Shown one piece after another: positions 10,494 through 19,400 of a DNA stretch of 34,192 nt. The notes beneath the pieces were generated by a model, which was given only the letters and a program-made list of their open reading frames with translations, had not been told where the DNA came from and made no database searches. Every line of letters starts with the position of its first letter. The stretch's first letter is position 1. The translations under genes were made by a program, and so were the position numbers. Source of the DNA: Candidatus Cryptobacteroides sp. (GTDB lineage Bacteria; Bacteroidota; Bacteroidia; Bacteroidales; UBA932); assembly GCA_045111695.1 (NCBI GenBank), contig JBGUGW010000092.1, forward strand, positions 1 to 34,192, written 5' to 3'.

Positions 10494-12161
10494 TTAATAT
10501 GCTTGTACATGGACTCCGGCGACGGCGCGGCCGCTGGGGTCATTGAGGTTCTTGAAAGCCGCATCCCACTCGAGTGCGATGGCGGTGGAGCAGGCCACGC
10601 TGGCCTCGCTGGGCACCGAAAGGGCGGCAGAATCGCTCGGGAACAGCTCGGAGAAGATGCTGCGGTAGTAGTACTCCTCCTTGTTCTGGGGCGTATGGAT
10701 GGGGAAGCGGTTCGCGGCATGCGCCATCTGCTCGTCGGTGACGGCCTCGGCCGCGATGCGCTTGAGGGTGTCGATCCAGGAGTAGCCGACGCCGTCGGAG
10801 AACTGCTCCTTCTGCCTCCAGGCGATCTCGTCCGGGATAAGGTCGGCGCACGCCTCGCGCACTATCTTCTTCTCTATGATCTGGCCGGGGCACATCTTCG
10901 CGGCCGGGTTCAGGCGCATGGCCACGTCCAGGAATTCCTTGTCCAGGAACGGGACGCGTCCCTCGACGCCCCAGGCCGCGAGGCTCTTGTTTGCTCTCAG
11001 GCAGTCGTAGAGATGGAGCTTGGATAGCTTGCGGACCGTCTCCTCGTGGAATGCGCGTGCATCCGGAGCCTTGTGGAAATACAGGTAGCCGCCGAATATC
11101 TCGTCGGCACCCTCGCCGGACAGCACCATCTTGATGCCCATCGATTTGATGACGCGTGCCAGCAGATACATCGGCGTCGAGGCGCGTATGGTCGTGACAT
11201 CGTAAGTTTCTGTATAATATATGACATCACGGATGGCATCCAGGCCTTCCTGGATGGTATAGTTGATCTCGTGGTGGACGGTGCCGATGTGTTCGGCGAC
11301 CATGCGCGCCTTGTCGAGGTCGGGCGCACCCTTGAGGCCGACGGCGAAAGAATGAAGCCGCGGCCACCAGGCGCGCGTCCTGGAGTCGTCCTCGATACGC
11401 ATCGCGCTGAACTTCTCGGCTATCGCCGAAATGACGGAGGAGTCGAGTCCGCCGGAGAGCAGCACGCCGTAAGGGACGTCGGACATCAGCTGGCGCTTTA
11501 CCGCAGACTCCAGCGCAGCACGGAGCTGCGCCGGGTCGGCGGGATTGTCCTTGACATTTTCATATTCGGTCCAGTCGCGCCGGTACCAGCGCTTCATGCC
11601 GGGCTCGCGGCTCCAGTAGCAGTGGCCGGGCAGGAAGGGCTCGTAGCGTTCGCACTGGCCTTCCAGGGCCTTCAGCTCGCTGGCGACATAGACCTTGCCG
11701 TCCGCGTCATCGAAGCCGATGTACAGGGGAATGACTCCAATGGGGTCGCGGGCGATCAGGAATGCGTCCTTCTCCTCGTCATACAGTGCGAAGGCGAAGA
11801 TGCCGTTGAGATCCTCCAGGAAGTCCGGGCCCTTGTCGCGGTACAGCGCGAGGATGACCTCGCAGTCGCTGCCCGTACGGAAATCGTATTTTCCTGCGTA
11901 GCGGCGGCGGATCTCCTGATGGTTGTAGATCTCGCCGTTCACTGCCAGCACCTGCTTCCCGTCAGGGGAGAGGAGCGGCTGTCCGCCGGACTCCGGGTCC
12001 ACGATGCTCAGGCGCTCGTGGGCCATTACGGCGCTCCCGCCGCACCAGATACCGCTCCAGTCCGGCCCCCTGTGCCGAAGTTTGCGGCTCATCTCAAGAG
12101 CCTTCCGGCGCATGGCGTCGGACTGTTCGCGAATGTTGAAAATGCAAGCTATTCCACACAT
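10494..12161 (-). CDS. asnB: Asparagine synthetase B (glutamine-hydrolysing)
   Basis: N-terminal MCGI, HRGPDWSG, NGEIYNH, LSGGLDSS, SGEGADE and RQKEQFSDGVG. Confidence 0.97.
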   Translation of the reverse strand: MCGIACIFNIREQSDAMRRKALEMSRKLRHRGPDWSGIWCGGSAVMAHERLSIVDPESGGQPLLSPDGKQVLAVNGEIYNHQEIRRRYAGKYDFRTGSDCEVILALYRDKGPDFLEDLNGIFAFALYDEEKDAFLIARDPIGVIPLYIGFDDADGKVYVASELKALEGQCERYEPFLPGHCYWSREPGMKRWYRRDWTEYENVKDNPADPAQLRAALESAVKRQLMSDVPYGVLLSGGLDSSVISAIAEKFSAMRIEDDSRTRAWWPRLHSFAVGLKGAPDLDKARMVAEHIGTVHHEINYTIQEGLDAIRDVIYYTETYDVTTIRASTPMYLLARVIKSMGIKMVLSGEGADEIFGGYLYFHKAPDARAFHEETVRKLSKLHLYDCLRANKSLAAWGVEGRVPFLDKEFLDVAMRLNPAAKMCPGQIIEKKIVREACADLIPDEIAWRQKEQFSDGVGYSWIDTLKRIAAEAVTDEQMAHAANRFPIHTPQNKEEYYYRSIFSELFPSDSAALSVPSEASVACSTAIALEWDAAFKNLNDPSGRAVAGVHVQAY

Positions 12162-12186
12162 GATCCTGCTGTTTTATCTAATCTTT

Positions 12187-12894
12187 TTAAGGCTGCAATG
12201 TGATGCCTACTACCAGGTAAGCGGCGTTGATGCAAGGGTTGAAAACCACCTGCGTGAACAGGGGAATGGAGAAGGTGTCAGTCACCTGGATATCCTTCGC
12301 AGCTGTCAGCGCCAGGTTGACGAGGCTGAAACCGTCCGTGCCGTAGAAGTCCGTCGCGAAGGGGACGATGCCCGCGGTGGCGGTCCAGTCGACGTCTCCG
12401 ATGGAGAACGGGACGCTGGCTTCGAGGTAGCTACTGTAAGCAAGCTTTCCGGACTCGCCCAGGCTGTCGTTGCCGGCGAAATTGGTGTACCACTGCAGGG
12501 AGGCGAAGCCGAAGTCATAGCCGGCATTAGCCTCGAACACATGGTTGGTGCAGCCGGAGCCGTAGGCGAAATATCGGTTGTCCGGGTCGAGGCCGGAGTC
12601 GAACCAATAGTCGGTCACCCCGATGTTGAAACCTCCGGCAGAATAGGCGAGCGTCAGGTCGAACTCCCTCGTGTCGAGGGGATTGCTCAGGCCGACGGAC
12701 CCCCAGGCCGACAGGCTGAGGCCCTTGAAGCCTATGCCGAGCGTCGGCTGTACCGACACGCCGCCGAGATCCTGGCCGCGCCACACATAGTGGCTGACGA
12801 TGTCCGTACCGAGCGTTGTTTCGACCGCGTCTTGTGCCCCTGCGGTCACTGCTCCAGAGAGCAGCATGATAATGGGGATGAATATCTTTTTCAT
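12187..12894 (-). CDS. Exported, probable outer-membrane beta-barrel protein (TorF-like putative porin)
   Basis: Signal peptide (MKKIFIPIIMLLSGAVTAGAQ), SHYVWRG..G..VQP N-terminal motif, EFDLTLAY, and alternating aromatic/polar strands; lies between amtB and asnB. Family assignment is by recognition only. Confidence 0.65.
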   Translation of the reverse strand: MKKIFIPIIMLLSGAVTAGAQDAVETTLGTDIVSHYVWRGQDLGGVSVQPTLGIGFKGLSLSAWGSVGLSNPLDTREFDLTLAYSAGGFNIGVTDYWFDSGLDPDNRYFAYGSGCTNHVFEANAGYDFGFASLQWYTNFAGNDSLGESGKLAYSSYLEASVPFSIGDVDWTATAGIVPFATDFYGTDGFSLVNLALTAAKDIQVTDTFSIPLFTQVVFNPCINAAYLVVGITLQP

Positions 12895-12906
12895 AGTCGT
12901 TCAGTT

Positions 12907-14124
12907 TTAGTTGTAGCAACTCTCGCCGTGTTCGTAGATGTCGAGGCCTTCGTCTTCGACCCTTGCCTCGACGCGCAGGCCGTGGGCCTTCTTGATGCCG
13001 AAGAACAGCAGGAATCCGCAGACTGTGGCCCAGATGTCGATGACCAGGATACCAAGGCACTGTACTCCGAAGAAATGCCATCCGCCGCCGTAGAAGAGAC
13101 CTCCGTCAGTGGCGAGAAGGCCGGTAAGGATGGTGCCCAGGATGCCGCATACTCCGTGGACGGACGATGCGCCTACAGGGTCGTCGATGTGCAGCTTATG
13201 GTCAATGAACTCGATTGCGAATACCAGCACGATGCCGCAGAGCAGGCCGATGACGACGGCTCCCCATGGCGACACGAGGTCGCATCCGGCCGTGATGCCG
13301 ACCAGACCTGCCAGGACGCCGTTGAGCGTCAACGACAGCGAGGGCTTGCCGTACTTGAGCCAGGTAAGGAACATGGTCGCGGTACCGCCTGCTGCAGCTG
13401 CAAGGTTGGTGGTCAGGAAGACGTGCGAGATGGCGGTGCGGTTTACTTCACCGCTGGCGGCCAGCTGGCTGCCGGGATTGAATCCGAACCATCCGAGCCA
13501 GAGGATGAATACGCCCAGGGCAGCGATGGCGAGGTTGTGTCCGGGGATGGCCCGGCTCTTACCGTCCTTGCCGTATTTGCCACGGCGCGGTCCGAGTGCG
13601 ATTGCTCCGATCAGGGCAAGCACGCCGCCTACGCTGTGCACGATGGCGCTGCCGGCGAAATCATGGAAGCCGAGTTCGGAGAGCCAGCCTCCTCCCCATG
13701 TCCAGTGTCCCTCGACGGGATAGACTATCAAGGAGATGAATGCACTGTAAACAAGGTACATCGAGAATTTTGTGCGCTCTGCCATGGCGCCGCTGACGAT
13801 GGTCGCGGATGTTGCGCAGAAGACGGTCTCGAAGATCAGGAAACCTTCGACGGGCAGGTCGCCCTTGTAGAAGGAGAGGTCGCCCCAGTTGGGAGCGCCG
13901 ATGAATCCGGCTCCGTCGCTTCCGAACATGAAGCCGAAACCTACGAAGAAGAACAGCAGGGAGCCGAGCATGAAATCGACGAAGTTCTTCATCAGTATGT
14001 TGACGGTGTTCTTGCTGCGTGTGAATCCCGCCTCGCAGAGGGCGAATCCGGGTTGCATCCAGAAGACGAGCATAGCCGCAAGCAACATCCATACAGTATC
14101 CAGAGATATAGCTAATTCGTTCAT
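12907..14124 (-). CDS. amtB: Ammonium transporter
   Basis: Multi-TM protein with MQPGFA..EAG, TIVSGAMAER, HDFAGS.IVH, GWFGFN, IDDPVGASSVHG (twin His) and a C-terminal EGLD..EHG motif. Confidence 0.97.
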   Translation of the reverse strand: MNELAISLDTVWMLLAAMLVFWMQPGFALCEAGFTRSKNTVNILMKNFVDFMLGSLLFFFVGFGFMFGSDGAGFIGAPNWGDLSFYKGDLPVEGFLIFETVFCATSATIVSGAMAERTKFSMYLVYSAFISLIVYPVEGHWTWGGGWLSELGFHDFAGSAIVHSVGGVLALIGAIALGPRRGKYGKDGKSRAIPGHNLAIAALGVFILWLGWFGFNPGSQLAASGEVNRTAISHVFLTTNLAAAAGGTATMFLTWLKYGKPSLSLTLNGVLAGLVGITAGCDLVSPWGAVVIGLLCGIVLVFAIEFIDHKLHIDDPVGASSVHGVCGILGTILTGLLATDGGLFYGGGWHFFGVQCLGILVIDIWATVCGFLLFFGIKKAHGLRVEARVEDEGLDIYEHGESCYN

Positions 14125-14145
14125 AATCCGTTCAATTTAAGGTTT

Positions 14146-14493
14146 TTACTTCTTGTCCCTGAGCACTGTGTCGCCGTGCTCGCCCGTACGTATCGACCAG
14201 GTGTCGATCACGTCGCTGACGAATATGCGTCCGTCCCCAACCTCTCCGGTATGGGCCTCGCGCAGGATGACCTCGACGGCCGGCTCGACGAACATGTCGC
14301 GGCAGATGATGGTCAGGGCGATGCGCTCGATGACGTCCGTGGAGTACTGGACTCCTCTGTAGATCCTCTCCTGGCGGCTCTGGCCGATACCGTGAACGTC
14401 ATGGTACTCGAACCAGTTGATGTCCGACTGCAACAGTGCTTCCTTCACATCCTCAAACCTTGTTTTCCGGATGATAGCTTCAATCCTTTTCAT
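14146..14493 (-). CDS. glnB: P-II family nitrogen regulatory protein (GlnB/GlnK)
   Basis: MKRIEAIIR, T-loop IYRGVQY, B-loop TGEVGDGRIFV and C-terminal IRTGEHG; upstream of amtB. Confidence 0.93.
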   Translation of the reverse strand: MKRIEAIIRKTRFEDVKEALLQSDINWFEYHDVHGIGQSRQERIYRGVQYSTDVIERIALTIICRDMFVEPAVEVILREAHTGEVGDGRIFVSDVIDTWSIRTGEHGDTVLRDKK

Positions 14494-14540
14494 AATTTCG
14501 TGTCTGTTTTGTTAAGTTGTCGTTAAATCCCCGGGGAAGG

Positions 14541-14575
14541 AAAAACAAAAAAGACCGGCTCTTTCGAACCGGTCT
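14541..14575 (-). terminator. Intrinsic terminator (attenuator) in the 5' leader of the nitrogen operon
   Basis: Minus strand reads AGACCGGTTC-GAAA-GAGCCGGTCT followed by TTTTTGTTTTT: a 10-bp stem (one G-U), GNRA loop and U tract, about 47 nt before the glnB ATG. Confidence 0.9.
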
Positions 14576-14597
14576 CCTATTATGCATACCACAAAAA

Positions 14598-14714
14598 TCA
14601 CCTTATCCGACCGGCAAGACAAGATACAGCATTATTATTCTGGGAATTCTGTGAATTCTCAGAACCAAGCTGCTGCTGCTTGAAATTGGCCGTAATGGTG
14701 AAGATGTTGATCAT
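14598..14714 (-). CDS. Putative Gln/Asn-rich attenuator leader peptide (38 aa)
   Basis: ATG(14714)...TGA(14598) encodes MINIFTITANFKQQQLGSENSQNSQNNNAVSCLAGRIR with 5 Gln and 7 Asn. It lies between a consensus promoter and the terminator. Confidence 0.8.
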   Translation of the reverse strand: MINIFTITANFKQQQLGSENSQNSQNNNAVSCLAGRIR

Positions 14715-14733
14715 TTCGTTCGTTCTTCTGTTA

Positions 14734-14764
14734 CAAATTTAGCTAACGGAAAAATAAAATGCAA
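14734..14764 (-). promoter_or_regulatory. Bacteroidetes housekeeping-sigma promoter of the leader/nitrogen operon
   Basis: Minus strand TTG(14764-14762), 20-nt spacer, then TAAATTTG(14741-14734), matching the -33/-7 (TAnnTTTG) consensus. Confidence 0.75.
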
Positions 14765-14794
14765 GATATTTTTTAAAAATTTTTATAAACCGTT

Positions 14795-16411
14795 TTAACT
14801 ATTTTCCTGCCTGTAACGGAGCGCGGCGGCGACCAGACCTTTAAATAAAGGATGGGGGTTTTCGGGCGTGCTCTTGTACTCCGGATGGAATTGCGATCCG
14901 ATGAAGAAAGGATGCGAGGGGAGCTCCACGATCTCCACCAGGCCGGTCTCTGGATTGCGTCCCGTAGCCATCATGCCGTTCTTTTCGAACTCCTCAAGAT
15001 ACTCGGAGTTGAACTCGTAACGGTGGCGGTGACGCTCGCGTATGGACAGGCTGCCATAGAGCGACGCCGCCAGCGAGCCTTCCTTCAAGGCACACGCATA
15101 GGCGCCCAGTCGCATGGTGCCTCCCTTTATCGTGGTCTTCTTCTGTTCTTCCATCATGCAGATGACAGGATGCGTGGTCTCCGGGTCCTTCTCCGTCGAG
15201 GCGGCGTCGGAGTAGCCGAGGACGTTCCTCGCGAATTCCACGACGCACATCTGCATTCCGAGGCAGATGCCGAGGAAGGGGATGCCGTTCTCGCGGGCGT
15301 ACTTGATGGCGTGGACCTTTCCTTCGAGGCCCCTCTCGCCGAATCCGGGCGCGACGAGGATACCGTCAGCCCCCTTGAGCATCTCAGCGACGTTCTCCTG
15401 GGTTACGTTCTCGCTCTGTACAGTGCGCACCCTCACCCTGCAGTCGTTAGCGGCTCCGGCATGGACGAAGGCCTCCTGGATGGACTTATAGGCGTCCTGG
15501 AGCTCCACGTATTTGCCGACCAGGACTATGTCGACCTCATGCTTGGGGTTCTTGATCCTGTCGAGGAAAGTCTTCCACCTGCCCAACTCCGGAGTGGCGA
15601 AATTGTCGATCTGGAGCTTGCGGACGGCGAGCTCGTCGAGATGCTCCTCGTGCATGTTGAGGGGGACCTGGTAGATGCTCCACGCGTCGATGCTCTGGAT
15701 AACGTGGCCGGGACGGACGTTGCAGAACAGGGCAATCTTGCGCCTGAGCTCCGCCGACAGGGGATGCTCGGTGCGGCAGACGATGACGTCCGGCTTGACT
15801 CCTCCCTGCTGCAATGCCTGGACCGAGTGCTGCGTAGGCTTGGTCTTGAGTTCCTTCGCTGCGCTCAGGTAGGGGATGAGGGTGAGGTGGATGGACATGC
15901 AGTCCTCTTCCGGAAGCTCCCACTGGAGCTGGCGGACCGCCTCCACGAAGGGCTGCGACTCCATGTCGCCTATGGTACCTCCTATCTCGGTGAGGATGAT
16001 GTCATAGTTCCCGGTCTGGCCGAGCAGGAGCATCCTGCGCTTGATCTCGTCCGTGATGTGCGGAACGATCTGGACCGTCTTGCCGAGATAGGCACCCTCC
16101 CGCTCCTTCGTTATGTCCGTAGTGTATATCCTGCCGGTCGTGACGTTGTTGGCCTGGGAGGTGTAGACGCCCAGGAAACGCTCGTAATGACCGAGGTCGA
16201 GATCGGTCTCGGCGCCGTCTTCCGTGACATAGCATTCACCGTGCTCGTAAGGGTTGAGCGTGCCCGGATCGATGTTGATGTAGGGATCGAATTTCTGGAT
16301 GGTCACGCGCAGGCCCCTTGCCTGGAGGAGCTTGGCCAGCGAGGACGCGATGATCCCTTTTCCGAGCGAGGAGGCTACGCCTCCGGTGATGAAGATGTAC
16401 TTGGTATTCAT
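14795..16411 (-). CDS. pyrG: CTP synthase
   Basis: TKYIFITGGVASSLGKG, KFDPYINIDPGT, KTKPTQHSV, GICLGMQ, ERHRHRYE and QFHPE. An alternative ATG at 16432 overlaps the carB stop. Confidence 0.97.
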   Translation of the reverse strand: MNTKYIFITGGVASSLGKGIIASSLAKLLQARGLRVTIQKFDPYINIDPGTLNPYEHGECYVTEDGAETDLDLGHYERFLGVYTSQANNVTTGRIYTTDITKEREGAYLGKTVQIVPHITDEIKRRMLLLGQTGNYDIILTEIGGTIGDMESQPFVEAVRQLQWELPEEDCMSIHLTLIPYLSAAKELKTKPTQHSVQALQQGGVKPDVIVCRTEHPLSAELRRKIALFCNVRPGHVIQSIDAWSIYQVPLNMHEEHLDELAVRKLQIDNFATPELGRWKTFLDRIKNPKHEVDIVLVGKYVELQDAYKSIQEAFVHAGAANDCRVRVRTVQSENVTQENVAEMLKGADGILVAPGFGERGLEGKVHAIKYARENGIPFLGICLGMQMCVVEFARNVLGYSDAASTEKDPETTHPVICMMEEQKKTTIKGGTMRLGAYACALKEGSLAASLYGSLSIRERHRHRYEFNSEYLEEFEKNGMMATGRNPETGLVEIVELPSHPFFIGSQFHPEYKSTPENPHPLFKGLVAAALRYRQENS

Positions 16412-16424
16412 GGCGATGGAAGGT

Positions 16425-19400
16425 TTATGCATATTCGTCCCAGCTCTTGATCGGCAGGTCGTCGACTTTCACCGTGCAGAAAGCGTTGATGAAGGCGATG
16501 GCGAGCCTTGCATTGGTTATGAGGGGGATGTTGAGGTCGATGGCCGCCCTGCGGATCTTGTATCCGTTGGAAAGTTCGCGGGGAGTCAGGTCCTTGGGGA
16601 TGTTGACGACCATGTCGATGGTGCGGTCATGCATCAGCTCTATTGCCTGGGGATGCTTGCCCTCGTCACTGGGCCAGTACACGGCAGTGTTCGGGATGCC
16701 GTTTTCCGAAAGGTAGCGGGACGTGCCGCCGGTTGCATACAGCTTGTATCCGTGCTCCGCCAGCATGCGGGCGGAGTCGAGCATCTCAGCCTTCTGCATC
16801 GGGGTTCCCGTGGAGAGGAGGATGCCCTTGGAGGGGATGCGGTACCCTACGGAAAGCATGGACTCGAGCATCGCGCCGGTGACGTCGTCGCCTATGCAGC
16901 CGACTTCGCCGGTAGACGCCATGTCCACTCCCAGTACGGGGTCGGCCTTCTGGAGCCTGTTGAATGAGAACTGCGAGGCCTTGATGCCGACGCAGTCAAG
17001 GTCGAAGAGATCCTTGGACGGGGGCTCGGGAGATTCGCCGAGCATGACCCTCGTGGCAAGCTCCACGAGATTGATTTTCAGCACCTTGCTGACGAAGGGG
17101 AAGCTGCGGCTCGCACGGAGGTTGCACTCTATGACCTTGACGTCGTTGTTCTTGGCGAGGTACTGGATGTTGAAAGGTCCCGAAATGTGGAGCTCTTGCG
17201 CGATCTTGCGGCTGATGCGCTTGATGCGTCGTACCGTCTCGACGTAGAGTTTCTGTGGCGGGAACTGGATGGTGGCGTCGCCGGAATGCACGCCGGCGAA
17301 CTCCACATGTTCGCCGATGGCGTAAGCGATGATGCGGCCGTGGTCCGCCACGGCATCGAACTCGATCTCCTTGGCATGTTCGATGAAGCGGCTGACCACG
17401 ACGGGGTGCTCCTGCGAGACCTCGGCGGCCAGCTGCAGGAAGCGCTCCAGCTCCTCTTCGTTGGAACAGACATTCATGGCCGCGCCGGAGAGCACATATG
17501 AAGGCCGGACAAGGACGGGGAAGCCCACCCTTCCGATAAAGGCGGCGATATCCTCACGAGAAGTGAGTTCGCCCCATTCTGGCTGGTCCACACCTATGCG
17601 GTCCAGCATGGCGGAGAATTTCTTGCGGTCTTCGGCATGGTCGATGTCCTCGGCTGAAGTGCCCAGGAGCGGGATGCCGCGTGCCGCCAACTTGACGGCG
17701 AGGTTGTTGGGGATCTGGCCTCCGGTCGAGACGACCACGCCTTTCGGCCGTTCGAAGTCAGCGATGTCGAGCACCCGCTCGAAAGACAACTCGTCGAAAT
17801 ACAGGCGGTCGCAGATGTCGTAGTCGGTCGAGACCGTCTCGGGATTGTAGTTGATCATCACGCTCCTGTATCCGCGGCTGCGGACGGTGTTGAGCGCCTG
17901 GACGCAGCACCAGTCGAACTCGACGGAGGAGCCTATCCTGTAGGCTCCGGAGCCGAGTACGATGACGCCGTCCCGGCCGTCGTCGAACGAGATGTCGTTC
18001 TCGGTGCCCTGGTAGGTCAGGTAGAGGTAGTTGGTCTTGGCGGGGAACTCGCCGGCCATCGTGTCGATCTGTTTGACGACGGGGGTGATGCCATAATTCC
18101 CGCGCAGTGCGCGGATGTCAAGGGACTCGAATGTGTGTCCCGGGCGTGACATCGCACGCGATATTTGGAAGTCTGAGAATCCGTAGACTTTCGCCTTGCG
18201 GAGCAGTTCGGGGCTGATCTCAGGTCCCGATGCGCCGATCTCGTCCGCGATGTCGACGATATTGCGGAGCTTGCGGAGGAACCAGCGGTCGATGCTGGTC
18301 AGCTCATGTATCCTGTCCACGCTGTAACCGACCTGCATGGCTTCGCTGATGGCGAAGATGCGCATGTCGGTCGGCTCCTTGAGAGCACGGTCCATGCCGT
18401 CCATGCGTATGTGCCTGTTCTCCACGAAGCCGTGCATTCCCTGGCCTATCATCCTGAGGCCTTTCTGGATGGCTTCCTCGAAGGTGCGGCCGATGGCCAT
18501 GACTTCTCCCACCGACTTCATGCTCGAACCGATCTCGCGGTCCACACCGTGGAACTTGCCCAGATCCCATCTGGGGATCTTGCAGACGACGTAGTCCAGC
18601 GCCGGCTCGAAGAATGCTGAAGTCGTCAGGGTGACGCTGTTCCTGAGCTCGAAGAGGCCCTTGCCGAGTCCCAGCTTGGCTGCGACGAAGGCAAGGGGAT
18701 AGCCCGTAGCCTTGGAGGCGAGGGCGGAAGAACGGCTGAGGCGGGCGTTGACCTCGATGACGCGGTACTCCTCGGAATCGGGGTCGAATGCGTACTGGAC
18801 GTTGCATTCACCGATGATGCCCAGATGCCTTACTATGCGGATGGAGAGTTCGCGGAGGAAATGGTATTCGGCGTTGGTCAGTGTCTGCGAAGGGGCGATG
18901 ACAATGCTCTCGCCGGTATGGATGCCGAGCGGGTCGAAATTCTCCATGTTACAGACCGTGATGCAGTTGTCGTACGCGTCGCGGACGACCTCGTATTCGA
19001 TCTCTTTCCAGCCCTTGAGGCTCTTCTCTACGAGGACCTGGGGTGAGAACGAGAATGACTTCTCGGCGAGGCGGACGAGCTCGTCCTCGTTGTCGCAGAA
19101 GCCCGAGCCGAGTCCGCCGAGGGCGAAGGCCGAGCGGAGGATGACGGGGTAGCCGAGCTCTTTGGCGGCTTTCCTGGCCGCATCGATGCTCTCGCAGGCT
19201 TCGCTCTTGATGGTCTTGACGTCGATCTCGTCAAGCCTTTTCACGAAGAGTTCGCGGTCTTCTGTGTCTATGATGGTCTGGACGGGCGTGCCCAGCACGC
19301 GGACGCCGTATTTCTCAAGTATTCCTCCTTTGTAAAGCTCGATGCCGCAGTTCAGTGCGGTCTGGCCGCCGAATGAGAGGAGAATGCCGTCCGGGCGCTC

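Noticed and set aside
14494-14733. glnA (glutamine) riboswitch or T-box as the explanation for the nitrogen leader
   Set aside because: I see no T-box UGGNACC bulge motif and no glnA-riboswitch features; the Q/N-rich ORF and antiterminator geometry fit better. An Rfam/Infernal scan would be needed to exclude them formally.
2459-16450. Very long plus-strand ORFs (2459-5230, 5669-8269, 12004-14115, 14852-16450 and others)
   Set aside because: They are antisense shadows of well-conserved minus-strand genes, expected from GC-rich codon bias, and show no recognisable motifs or start context.
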